Assembly (NCBI RefSeq): GCF_963921235.1
Contig: NC_086108.1
Location: 95,978,001 to 96,042,000, forward strand
Direction of reading: 5' to 3'
DNA from: Mobula hypostoma
Taxonomy: Eukaryota
DNA: 64,000 nt
The notes under the pieces were generated by a model. The model saw only the letters and a program-made list of their open reading frames with translations, was not told the origin of the DNA and searched no databases. This document shows, one piece after another, positions 24,584-36,714 of the stretch (position 1 is the stretch's first letter; each line of letters starts with the position of its first letter). A program made the position numbers and the translations under genes.

Positions 24584-27500
24584 ATTTGCAGGGGGATGGG
24601 AACCAGAGTGCCAGAGCTGACAGTGTGGCTGGGGTGAAAATAAATGATGTTGAAAGTTTAAGCAAATCTGCTGATAGAAAGGTTGTGAGTGGTGGTAAAA
24701 ATCTTCTGAGGTGTATATATTTCAATGCTAGGAGTATTGCGGGGAAGGCGGATGAGTTGAGGGTGTGGATTGACACGTGGAATTATGATGTTGTAGCAAT
24801 TAGTGAAACTTGGCTACAGGAGGGGCAGGACTGGCAGCTTAATATTCCAGGGTTCCGATGTTTCAGGTGTGATCGAGGCAGAGGAATGAAAGGTGGGGGA
24901 GTAGCATTGCTTGTTAGGGAAAATATTACAGCAGTGCTCAGGCAGGACAGATTAGAGGGCTTGTCTACTGAGTCCTTATGGGTGGAGCTGAGAAACAGGA
25001 AAGGTATGGCCACATTAGTGGGATTGTATTACAGACCACCCAATAGTCAACAAGACTTGGAAGAGCAAATCTGCAGAGAGATAGCAGGCAACTGCAGGAA
25101 ACAAAGATGTGATGGTAGGGGATTTTAATTTTCCATACATTGATTGGGACTCCCATACTGTTAGGGGTCTAGATGGTTTAGAGTTTGTAAAATGTGTTCA
25201 GGAAAGTTTTCTAAATCAATATATAGAGGGACCAACTAGAGGGGATGCAATATTGGATCTCCTATTACGTAACGAATTAGGGCAAGTGACAGAAGTCTGT
25301 GTAGGGGAGCACTTTGGTTCCAGTGATCATAACACCATTAGTTTCAATTTGATCATGGATAGATCTGGTCCTAGGGTTGAGGTTCAGAACTGGAAGAAGG
25401 CCAAATTTGAAGAAATGAGAAAGGATCTAAAAAGCGTGGATTGGGACAGGTTGTTCTCTGGCAAAGATGTGATTGGTAGGTGGGAAGCCTTCAAAGGGGA
25501 AATTTTGAGAGTGCAGAGTTTGTATGTTCCTGTCAGGATTAAAGGCAAATTGAATAGGAATAAGGAACCTTGGTTCTCAAGGGATAGTGCAACTCTGATA
25601 AAGAAGAAGAGGGAGTTGTATGAAATGTATAGGAAACAGGGGGTAAATCAGGTGCTTGAGGAGTATAAGAAGTGCAAGAAAATACTTAAGAAAGAAATCA
25701 GGAGGGCTAAAAGAAGACATGAGGTTGCCTTGGCAGTCAAAGTGAAGGATAATCCAAAGAGCTTTTACAAGTATATTAAGAGCAAAAGGATTGTAAGGGA
25801 TAAAATTGGTCCTCTTGAAGATCAGAGTGGTCGGCTTTGTACGGAACCAAAGGAAATGGGGGAGATCTTAAATAGGTTTTTTGTGTCTGTATTTACTAAG
25901 GAAGCTGGCATGAAATCTATGGAATTGAGGGAATCAAGTAGTGAGACCATGGAAACTGTACAGATTGAAAAGAAGGAGGTGCTTGCTGTCTTGAGGAAAA
26001 TTAAAGTGGATAAATCCCCGGGACCTGACAGAGTGTTCCCTCGGACCTTGAAGGAGACTAGTGTTGAAATTGCAGGGGCCCTGGCAGAAATATTTAAAAT
26101 GTCGCTGTCTACGGGTGAAGTGCCGGAGGATTGGAGAGTGGCTCATGTTGTTCCGTTGTTTAAAAAAGGATCAAAAAGTAATCCGGGAAATTATAGGCTG
26201 GTGAGTTTAACGTCAGTAGTAGGTAAGTTATTGGAGGGAGTACTAAGAGACAGAATCTACAAGCATTTGGATAGACAGGGGCTTATTAGGGAGAGTCAAC
26301 ATGGCTTTGTGCGTGGTAGGTCATGTTTGACCAATCTGTTGGAGTTTTTCGAGGAGGTTACCAGGAAAGTGGATGAAGGGAAGGCAGTGGATATTGTCTA
26401 CATGGACTTCAGTAAGGCCTTTGACAAGGTCCCGCATGGGAGGTTAGTTAGGAAAATTCAGTCGCTAGATATACATGGAGAGGTGGTAAATTGGATTAGA
26501 CATTGGCTCAGTGGTAGAAGCCAAAGAGTGGTAGTAGAGAATTGCTTCTCCAAGTGGAGGCCTGTGACTAGTGGTGTGCCACAAGGATCAGTGCTGGGTC
26601 CATTGTTATTTGTCATCTATATCAATGATCTGGATAATAATGTGGTAAGTTGGATCAGCAAATTTGCTGATGATACAAAGATTGGAGGTGTAGTAGACAG
26701 TGAGGAAGGTTTTCAGAGCCTGCAGAGGGACTTGGACCAGCTGGAAAAATGGGTTGAAAAATGGCAGATGGAGTTTAATACAAACAAGTGCGAGGTATTG
26801 CATGTTGGAAGGACAAACCAAGGTAGAACATACAGAGTTAATGGTAAGGCGCTGAGGAGTGCAGTAGAACAGAGGGATCTAGGAATACAGATAGAAAATT
26901 CCCCAAAAGTGTTGTCACAGGTAGATACGGTCATAAAGAGAGCTTTTGGTACATTGGCCTTTATTAATCAAAGTATTGAGTATAAGAGCTGGAATGTTAT
27001 GATGAGGTTGTATAAGGCATTGGTGAGGCCGAATCTGGAGTATTGTGTTCAGTTTTGGTCACCAAATTACAGGAAGGACATAAATAAGGTTGAAAGAGTG
27101 CAGAGAAGATTTACAAGGATGTTGCCGGGACTTGGGAAACTCAGTTACAAAGTTGAATAGGTTAGGACTTTATTCCCTGGAGCGTAGAAGAATGAGGGGA
27201 GATTTGATAGAGGTATATAAAATTATGATGGGTATAGATAGAGTGAATGCAAGCAGGCTTTTTCCACTGAGGCAAGGGGAGGAAAAAACCAGAGGACATG
27301 GGTTAAGGGTGAGGGGGGGAAAAAGTTTAAAGGGAACATTAGGGGGGGGCTTCTTCACACAGAGAGTGGTGGGAGTATGGAATGAGCTGCCAGACGAGGT
27401 GGTAAATGCGGGTTCTTTTTTAATATTTAAGAATAAATTGGACAGATACATGGATGGGAGGTGTATGGAGGGATATGGTCCGTGTGCCGGTCAGTGGGAC
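24574..27500 (+). pseudogene. CR1 ORF2p: APE endonuclease and reverse transcriptase, frameshifted
   Basis: CIYFNARS, ISETW, GGGVALLV, YYRPP, GDFN, SDH, QHGF, DFSKAFD, PQGSVLGP, FADD across ORFs 24586..25128, 25109..27160, 27090..27503. Confidence 0.92.
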
Positions 27501-28421
27501 TAGGCGGAAAATGGTTCGGCACAGCCAAGAAGGGCCAAAAGGCCTGTTTCTGTGCTGTAGTTTCTATGGTTATCAGGCAGGGCAGAAAACACTGCAAGAA
27601 AATCCATAACCCCATAAGAGTTAAAATTCACTCCTTTTGTACCAGAAGAGCTGGAAATGGATACCAGAGATTGGATGAAGTAGGTTTTTAATAAAGTGAT
27701 AGACCTTGAACAAAGATCACACAGAAGAGGAACTTTTTCTAATGAGGAGGCCATTTTCCAAGATTGAGATAAATACTACACTTTCTAAACCCAGACTGTC
27801 CCTGGTAATAAATAGGTCCCATTTCTACAGATGTTCATACATTGGAAAATATCCAAAAATCACTCAATATAGCAATCATAACTCAATAGTATTTAATGAA
27901 TGACATCAAAAGTGCCAGACTGATAAGAAAGAAGACGAGACAGCGCGAGACTAGTAACACTGGTCATAGGAATTAGTGAATGTACGTACTTTGGACATGA
28001 ATTTTATAATATTATGGGAGCTTCTTTGTATATGGGGTGTCCATATGTCTGATGTTCATAGCCCAGGAGTAGCCTGTAAATATCTCAGCTTTGAGATACT
28101 GGCATTAAACTTCAATTTATCTGTTGGTCAAAACAAAAGATCAAAAAGATGGGGGAAAAAAAAGCAAGTTAATATTTCAGGTTTAGTACTAGGAAATAAA
28201 GAAAAAAAGTTGGCTTTCAATAGCAGAGTTGGTAAGGGAAGTATATGAAGAAAAGAAATACCTTGAATGTGTGAGACCTAATGTATTATTAGTAGAATTT
28301 ACCAGTTAGGATCAGATTATGCAACATTATCAGTGTGATTTGCTGATAATAACATGGCTGTGGGACATATCCAAAGTATAGAATGTAACTAAATTGTGTA
28401 ATGGATACATTTTACTCTTAC

Positions 28422-28550
28422 CTGAAGTTTTCGGGCCATAGCTACCACTTCATGGTCTGGTGGATTATACTTGTAACAGTTCAAAAACATTAATCTCATG
28501 TCTGCTGCAAACTCTTCTCGATCTTTGTATTCTTGGTTGCCCAATTTTCT
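28422..28550 (-). CDS. BRDT: BET/BRDT coding exon: BD2 helices ([43 protein letters not shown])
   Basis: Not in the ORF track; read manually. ttccatcttctaag|AGA acceptor, CAG|GTAAGA donor, 129 nt, phase 0/0; contains the acetyl-lysine-binding Asn in [10 protein letters not shown]. Confidence 0.96.
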
Positions 28551-28999
28551 CTTAGAAGATGGAAAAACAAAACCATCAGAAAATCAAGTGCATTAAAACT
28601 TAATCCATGATGATTTTAGATAATCAGTAAATCCTGAATTTCCATTGCGAAAAGTTTAGTTACCAATATCCTAATTTAATCAGAATCATCACAGACCTAA
28701 ATACACATTTTTCATATTACTGAAGAATGCAATTCCACACCCACCTGACAGAATATTTTGATGCACCCCATAGGAATATTTTGGGCACATTTTTAAATCT
28801 ATAGTTTTGAGTTCAAATCCAGAAAATTCAAAAGGCCAAGAAATCAGGTACATGGATTGAATAACTGAAATAATACAGCATAAAGGTCAATTAACAAGTG
28901 TGAATATACACCCAGAGCAAGATGAAAAAACCAAATACAAATCCTCGCAAATGACAGACCACAGAATAATAAGAAATGAATTAATCTGGACCCAAAGAA

Positions 29000-29280
29000 A
29001 ACAATCTGCTAGAGGAATAGCAGGTCAAGCAGCAACTATGGGGAGACAGCAATGGGGTAAGGAAGTTTTGGCGTTTCAGATTTTGACCCAAATCAGGACC
29101 AAGATTGAAGACGGAAGGTAGCAAATATAAAGAAGAGGGAAGACTGAAATAGAAGCCAGTAGGTGATAGGTAGGCTGAGGAGGGGTGAAGAATAATGGGC
29201 AGATGTGGCCAGATGAGGGAGTGGGAGAGGTGGGATTGTGAGACAGAGCAGGCAAGTGACTAGTTTCTCTCTTTTCTCTT
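29000..29280 (-). mobile_element. Old Penelope-like pseudo-LTR fragment
   Basis: tgctagaggaatagcaggtcaagcagcaactatgg resembles the PLE terminus seen elsewhere in the window. Confidence 0.55.
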
Positions 29281-29379
29281 GGTAAATTTGGATTGATTTC
29301 AATCATCAACAGATAGTTAAATGCTTGGAAATACTTTGCGGTATGTGAACACAGTAACTTTTTAAATTGCTTTGTTAAT

Positions 29380-29740
29380 GTTTAATTGCTCATATTTCTG
29401 GCAATGCTAGCAATTACTTGCCTCAGTGATTGCCAAGGAGATTATTAACAGTCATACGCATTGGTGGATCTGGAGTCACCTACAAGGAAAACTAGGGAAC
29501 CATGCCCAAAGGATCGGGTAAATTAGATGGATTTCAACAAAAATCATCGCCAGGCTCAGGATGAAATTCTGTGATATACTTTTTTTTTTAAAAAACAACT
29601 TCAAGTTAATTATTTATATAAATTTAAATTCCCCAGTTATCATGGTGGGATTTTAACTGGCACTTCTACAAACGATTGTAAATCAATGGCCCTGAACTTT
29701 GGTTGCTTACCTGCTGCACAACTCAACACTACTCCCAATG
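29380..29740 (-). mobile_element. Old tRNA-derived SINE (Deu/SacSINE-like)
   Basis: ggatctggagtcac and aatttaaattccccagttatcatggtgggatttt motifs. Confidence 0.45.
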
Positions 29741-30738
29741 TAACTGAAACTAAATCAAGGCACAATCAAAAAAGGAATTTATAGTCTGGGTGTCTTTTCA
29801 GACAATCTTTTAGTTAAATCTGAGTGGATTAGTAATACATTTCCTTTAATTTTTCTGACAGCAAAATCCAGTATTTACTTTTGATGTCTGACTGCTTGCT
29901 TAATTCCAGCTTGAACACTCACATTGATCTGATTCAAAATGGATACATTAGGGGAACAAATCAATTTCAGAGATGGGTAGACACAGCATTCAAACAAACA
30001 AAAGTTAGTTGGGATTTCAGTTTCCAGTTTTAGTTCAGATCTGGGATGTTTCATCAATATTTGGCAAAATCAGATCATTTACTTGATAGCACAACTAAAT
30101 AAAAATCAATAATAAAGTCATAACATTAAACTTAATGTATTGTTTGCACCCAGCACTTTTCTCATAAAAACAATACAAATATGCACACCATTTCTGTAAA
30201 TGATGCCCAATATTTGAAAGTCAATCTGCAGATATTGATGCTATTTTCTTGACATTTTCTGACAACGCAGGAGAGAGAAAAATATTTCAGATTCATATAG
30301 ATGCAATGCTCTGCCAACTCCAAGGAAAATAAAACTTTTGCTAATTCTGGCCACCATGAACATTGCATTGAAGAGCACATTAGAGCTGCAACACACAGAT
30401 TCACAGGGGCTGGGGTAAAAGAGATCTCAATGAATTACTTGTTCATTTCTTCATCATCTTACCTTTCAAAATACTGAACTGTAATCAAAGCTTTGACAAA
30501 GTTACTATTTGTGTAAGTTATTAACCTTCTAAATATTAAGCTAAAAATGCCTCTTCACACCAACATTGCAAATGCTTCATATCAGCATGTAGCTGCTGAT
30601 TAAGATATTGTAAATGCTGAACACAAGACAGATCTACAGTAAACAAGAGGAATTCTGCAGATGCTGGAAATTCAAGCAACACACATCAAAGTTGCTGGTG
30701 AACGCAGCAGGCCAGGCAGCATCTATAGGGAGAGGTAC

Positions 30739-30774
30739 AGTCGACATTTCAGGCCGAGGCCCTTCGTCAGGACT
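30739..30774 (-). ncRNA. Minimal hammerhead motif, opposite pseudo-LTR (sense to BRDT pre-mRNA)
   Basis: Minus strand AGTC-CTGACGA-A-GGGC CTCG GCCT-GAAA-TGTC-GACT; C to T change in the stem III palindrome. Confidence 0.65.
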
Positions 30775-33718
30775 AACTGAAAGAAGAGCTAGTAAGAGAT
30801 TTGAAAGTGGGAGAGGGAGGGGGAGATCCAAAATGATAGGAGAAAACAGGAGGGGGAGGGATGGAGCCAAGAGCTGGACAGGTGATTGGCAAAAGGGATA
30901 CGAGAGGATCATGGGACAGGAGGCCCAGGGAGAAAGACGGGGGGGGGGGGGAAACCCAGAGGATGGGCAAGGGGTATAGTCAGAGGGACAGAGGGAGAAA
31001 AAGGGAGAGTGAGAGAAAGAATGTGTTTATAAAAATAAATAACAGATGGGGTACGAGGGGGAGGTGGGGCATTGGCGGAAGTTAGAGAAGTCCATGTGCA
31101 TGCCATCAGGTTGGAGGCTACCCAGATGGAATGCAAGGTGTTGTTCCTCCAACCTGAGTGTGGCTTCATCTTTACAGTAGAGGAGGCCGTGGATAGACAT
31201 GTCAGAATGGGAATGGGATGTGGAATTAAAATGTGTGGCCACTGGGAGATCCTGCTTTCTCTGGCGGACAGAGCATAGGTGTTCAGCAAAATGGTCTCCC
31301 AGTCTGCGCCGGGTCTTGCCAATATATAGAAGGCCACATCGGGAGCACTGGACGCAGTATATCACCCCAGCCAACTCACAGGTGAAGTGTCACCTCACTT
31401 GGAAGGACTGTCTGGGGCCCTGAATGGTGGTAAGGGAGGAAGTGTAAGGGCATGTGCAGCACTTGTTCCGCTTACAAGGATAAGTACCAGGAGGGAGGGG
31501 AACAAATGGACAAGGGAGTCGCGTAGGGAGTGATCCCTGCGGAAAGCGGGGGGGGGGGGGGAGGAGAGAAAGATGTGCTTAGTGGTGGGATCCCGTTGGA
31601 GGTGGCGGAAGTTACAGAGAATAATATGTTGGACCCGGAGGCTGGTGGGGTGGTAGGTGAGAACCAGGGAACCCTATTCCTAGTGGGGTGGCGGGAGGAT
31701 GGAGAGAGAGAGCAGATGTGCGTGAAATGGGGGAGTTGCGTTTGAAAGCAGAGTTGATGGTGGAGGAAGGGAAACCCCTTTCTTTAAAAAAGGACATCTC
31801 CCTTGTCTTGGAATGAAAAGCCTCATCCTGAGAGCAGATGCGGCGGAGACAGAGGAATTGCGAGAAGGGGATGGCATTTTTGCAAGAAACAGGGTGAGAA
31901 GAGAAATAGTCCAGATAGCTGTGAGAGTCAGTAGGCTTATAGTAGACATCAGTGGATAAGCTGTCTCCAGAGACAGAGACAGAAAGATCTAGAAAGGGGA
32001 GGAAGGTGTCGGAAATGGACCAGATAAACTTACGGGCAGGGTGAAAGTTGGAGGCAAAGTTAATAAAGTCAACGAGCTCAGCATGCATGCAGGAAGCAGC
32101 GCTAATGCAGTTGTCGATGTAGCGAAGGAAAAGTGGGGTACAGATACCAGAATAGGTTCGGAACATAGATTGTTCCACCAAAGCCAACAAAAAGGCAGGC
32201 ATAGCTAGGACCCATACGGGTGCCCATAGCTACACCTTTAGTTTGGAGGAAGTGGGAGGAGCCAAAGGAGAAATTAAGAGTAAGGACTAATTCTGCTTGA
32301 CAGAGCAGAATGGTGGTAGAGGGGAACTGATTAGGTCTGGAATCCAAAAAGAAGCGGAGAGCTTTGAGACCTTCCTGATGGGGGATAGAGGTATATAGGG
32401 ACTGGACATCCATGGTGAAAATAAAGCGGTGGGGGCCAGGAAACTTAAAATCATCGAAAAGTTTGAGAGTGTGAGAAGTGTCACAAACATAGGTAGGAAG
32501 GATTGAACAAGGGGGGATAAAACCGTGTGTGTCGACGTATGCAGAAACAAGTTCGGTGGGGCAGGAGCAAGCTGAGACAATAGGTCTGCCAGGACAGGCA
32601 GGTTTGTGGATCTTGGGTAGGAGGTAGAAACGGGAAGTGCGGGGTGTGGGAACTATAAGGTTGGTAGCAGTGGATGGGAGATCCCCTGAGCGGATAAAGT
32701 CGGTGATGGTGTGGGAGACAATGGCCTGGTGCTCCTTAGTGGGGTCATGATCGAGGGGTAAATAAGAGGAGGTATCCGCGAGTTGACGCTGTGCCTTGGC
32801 AAGGTAGAGGTCAGTACACCAGACTACAACAGCACCCCCCTTATCGGCAGGTTTAATAGTAAGGTTAATAGAGGGAGTGGAGAGCAGAGTGTTTGGAAGG
32901 AGTGAGGTTGGAATTGGAACAAGGTGTGGTGAAGTCGAGATGGTTGATGTCCCGTCAGCAGTTAGCAATAAAGAGATCCAGAGCAGACAGAAGACCAGAG
33001 CGGTGTGTCCATGAAGAGGAGGAGGGTTGAAGACAGGAAAAGGGGTCATCGGTGGGGGTGGAAGAGTCGTTGCCGAAGAAGTAGGCTCGGAGACGGAGAC
33101 AGTGGAAGAACAGTTCCGCGTCATGGCGAACACGGAACTGGCTGAGGTGTGGGCGAAGGGGGACAAAGGTGAGGCCCTTACTGAGGACAGAGTGTTCTGC
33201 CTCAGACAGCTGAAGGTCGGAGGGGATGGTAAAGACCCAGCACAGATGACAGCTGGGATCAGAGGGAGGAGGGGGACATTTTAATTCCACATCCCATTCT
33301 GACATGTCTATCCACGGCCTCTTCTACTGTAAGATGAAGCCACACTCAGGTTGGAGGAACAACACCTTATATTCCGTCTGGGTAGCCTCCAACCTGATGG
33401 CATGAATATTGACTTCTCTAACTTCCGCTAATGCCCCACCTCCCCCTCGTACCCCATCCGTTATTTATTTTTATACACACATTCTTTCTCTCTCTCCTTT
33501 TTCTCTCTCTGTCCCTCTGACTATACGCCTTGCCCATCCTCTGGGTTCCCCCCCCCCCTTGTCTTTCTCCCTGGGCCTCCTGTCCTATGATCCTCTCATA
33601 TCCCCTTTGCCAATCACCTGTCCAGTTCTTGGCTCCATCCCTCCCCCTCCTGTCTTCTCCTATCATTTTGGATCTCCCCCTCCCCCTTTCAAATCTCTCA
33701 CTAACTCTTCCTTCAGTT

Positions 33719-33754
33719 AGTCCTGACGAAGGGTCTCGGCCTGAAACGTCGACT
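33719..33754 (+). ncRNA. Minimal type I hammerhead ribozyme motif in Penelope pseudo-LTR
   Basis: AGTC-CTGACGA-A-GGGT CTCG GCCT-GAAA-CGTC-GACT: stem I AGTC/GACT, conserved core, stem II, palindromic ACGT in place of stem III. Confidence 0.75.
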
Positions 33755-33939
33755 GTACCTCTTCCTAGAGATGCTGCCTGGTCTGCTGCGTTCACCAGCA
33801 ACTTTGATGTGTGTTACAGACATACAGTAAGTTGCTTCAAACCCTGCAAACAGAACACAGGTTGTCAGACTCACAACTGCCATTGTCTCTGCAATATAAT
33901 TTTTAAATTTAAGCATAGCCTTAATTTACTCCAACCATA

Positions 33940-34220
33940 AATTGTTCCCGCTGCTACCATCCAGGAAACTGTACCGCAGCATTAAAGCCAGGACCAACAG
34001 GCTCCGGGACAGTTTCTTCCACCAGGCCATCAGTCTAGTTAGTTCACATTGACACAATTGTATTTCTAAGCTATATTGACTGTCCTGTTGTACATCTTAC
34101 TGTACATACCATTTATCAAAAATTACTACAATTTGCATATTGTACACTCAGACGGAGATGTAGCAAAGATTTTTACTCCTCATGCATGTGAAGGATGCAA
34201 GAGATAAAGTCAATTCAATA
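33940..34220 (+). mobile_element. Rex1-like LINE 3' fragment
   Basis: ctgctaccatccaggaaactgtaccgcagc...agtttcttccaccaggccatcag; tail gataaagtcaattcaat. Confidence 0.7.
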
Positions 34221-34721
34221 ACCAAGCATGACATAATCCTGTTGGACACTGATTTCTTCACGTTCTAGATATGAAATTGAGTAATTACTTTGAGTCACAA
34301 ATTCAAGATGTCAAAAATCATATCTTCAAAACATCTACATGTTCAGTCTGAAATATTTCACTCAAAGGGATATAAAACAGTACAGCGTAGTACAGGCCCT
34401 TCAAGTTCACAATGCTGTGTCAACCTTTTAACCTACTCCAAGATCAATCTAACCCATCCCTCCAACATTGTTTCATCCACGATACACAGATATTTTGTGA
34501 ATGGTCAACAACTTTCAACCAAGGGAATGACAGCTTCAGTAAAGGATAATTAATTGGACATTGGGATTTTTTTTTTAAATGCAAACCTCATTTGCCAGAA
34601 GATTGTAAAATAGGTTCCCTTCACCTCCAATGTTAACGTGAATAATGCAGCACCAGAAAATGGTGGGGGAGGGGGGTGTGGAAATCACCACCTCCGTAAA
34701 AGCAGAATTGTGGTCAGCTTT

Positions 34722-35928
34722 ATCTTCAAGGTTCGATGTGTTGTGCATTCAGACATGCTCTTCTGCACACCACTGTTGTAACACGTGGTTATTTGAGTTA
34801 CTGCCACCTTCCTGTCAGCTTTACCACTCTGGCCATTCACCCACAGAACCACTGCTCACTGGATGTGTTTTGTTATTCCTACCATTCTCTGTAAGTTCTA
34901 GAGACTGCTGTGCGTGAAAATCACAGGAGATCAGCCATCACTTGCATCTCATTTCTTTCCCCCATTCTGATGTTTGGTCTAAACAACTGAACCTTGACCA
35001 TGCTTTTACGCACTGAGTTGCTGCCACATGATTAGCTAATTAGACATTTGTATCAAACACCTAGAGAGCTGGTGCAGGGATAACAACTTGATGCTTAATG
35101 TCACCGAAACCAAGGAGATGATCGTCGATTTCAGATGGTCTCAGCCTGACCACACATCCCTCAGCATCAGCAGCTCCACAGTGGAAAGAGTGGAAAACAT
35201 CAAGTTCCTTGGGGTGCAGATCTCGGACAATCTCACCTGGTCCAGGAACACCACTGGGATTGTGAAACGGGCCCAGCAGAGATTGCATTTTCTGAGGAAG
35301 CTTAAACAAGCATCACTCCCCACTAACATCTTAACGACATTCTACAGAGGCATGGTTGAGAGTGTGCTGACCTTTTGCATCACAACCTGGTACTCCAGCT
35401 GCAGTGCTGTCGACAGAAAAGCCTTGCAGAGGGTGGTGAGGGGAGCAGAGAAGGTTATTGGGGTCTCCCTACCTTCTGTCCAAGACCTCTTTCAGAGTCG
35501 ATGTCTCTAGAAGACACGGTACATCATTAAAGACCCCTCACACCCTCTCCATGAACTGTTTGTTCTTCTGCCATCAGGCAAACGTTACAGGAGCATCAAA
35601 ACTAAAACCACAAGGCTACTAAACAGCTTCCTCCCACAGGCAATCAGACTGCTGAATAACTGCTCTACCTGACTCTGCTTTGGACACTTTTAACTTGCAC
35701 TGGACACTTATAACTGATTTTAACTGACATGTGGCTGTTATGTTTTACTATTTATTGTTATGTTTATTATTTAGTGTTGCGTTTGTTATGTTATGATTGC
35801 ACTGTTCCTGAGAAACGCCGTCTCATTCTGCCCTGCAGAGCTGATGTACGGTTAGAATGACAATAAAGTTTTTTGAATCTTGAACCTTGAACAAGCAGGT
35901 ATACCTAATAAAGTGGCCACTGAGTATA
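34722..35928. mobile_element. Tc1/mariner-like MITE, left end missing, interrupted by a Rex1 insertion
   Basis: Right TIR tacctaataaagtggccactgagtata at about 35900-35928; body collinear with 48600-49040. Confidence 0.75.
35055..35890 (+). mobile_element. 5'-truncated Rex1/Babar LINE
   Basis: ORF 35088..35510 (LNVTETKEMIVDFR, KFLGVQISDNLTW, AQQRLHFLRKL); tail aataaag...ttgaatcttgaaccttga. Confidence 0.9.
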
Positions 35929-36714
35929 TATTCATCTAAACTCAGGCTAAGTAGATTCTGAGTCACAAAGCAGCATACTACTTCCAGAGTAAGTACACAG
36001 ACATATCACATCATTTTTGAAACAAGTTCTGAACATTTCTGAGATATTTATCCAGAGGGGGAAGAATACTCTGACATGATTTTATGTCAGCCACTGGAGC
36101 ATTTCTGCTGCTTTTGTTCTTGTTATTGTAAAATATAAAAATACATTTGCAGGCGGATTGCCTCTGGGCTTTCAATGAGAATGACTTCTTTTCTTACCAG
36201 CCATTTCAAGTTATTTTCCAAAACTTCTGGCAAATGTCCATTTTATGTGGTAGAATTTTGCTGCATTTTTGTTCCCCCCCCCCCTCAAGTTCTTCTACTT
36301 GATTCAGTGTAACCCCAATTTTACCAGTGCCCTGACAAATAAAGTGGTTATCTTTCCCCATGCCTTCTTTTTCGTGGTAGGTAGTTTCTGTAAATGAGCG
36401 GATAGCACTCCAGAACCACAGGCTAGATTTTTAAATTATACAAGATGAACTGTGAAGGGGAAGGTGGTTTTATTTAAGCTATACAAATGACAATTCTGCC
36501 TTATTTGTGGCGAGTTCAATATTTTTCCTTATTTTTAAATTTCAAACAGAACACTTTTTCTCCTCCCAATGTTAACAGGAGATCTTAATTTTTCCAATTT
36601 TTTTTTTTGCAGATGCATAATATAAGCCTTTAGGACTTTTAAAAATGTTTTCAAAGTATTCAAGCTCCAATTTATAACAGTCTTTCTAACTAAAACAGTT
36701 TAACACAAGGACAA

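Larger units (their letters stand above)
23330..27572 (+). mobile_element. Full-length, nearly intact CR1 LINE (5' UTR, ORF1, ORF2, 3' UTR), antisense to BRDT
   Basis: Intact ORF1; ORF2 APE+RT broken by frameshifts near 25105 and 27150; 3' end ggcctgtttctgtgctgtagtttctatggtt. 5' boundary approximate, no TSD recognised. Confidence 0.95.
30643..33815 (-). mobile_element. Long Penelope-like element (Neptune-type RT, Cys linker, GIY-YIG) with inverted pseudo-LTR at about 33276-33815
   Basis: IKPADKGGAVVV, FYLLPKIHK, GRPIVS, MDVQSLYTSIP, GVAMGTRMGP, LRYID; PGTYPCKRNKCCTCPY linker at about 31445-31495; GVIYCVQCSRCGLLYIGKT. Frameshifted. Degenerate TSD ACAGATCTACAGTAA (30628-30642) / ACAGACATACAGTAA (33816-33830). 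Confidence 0.94.
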
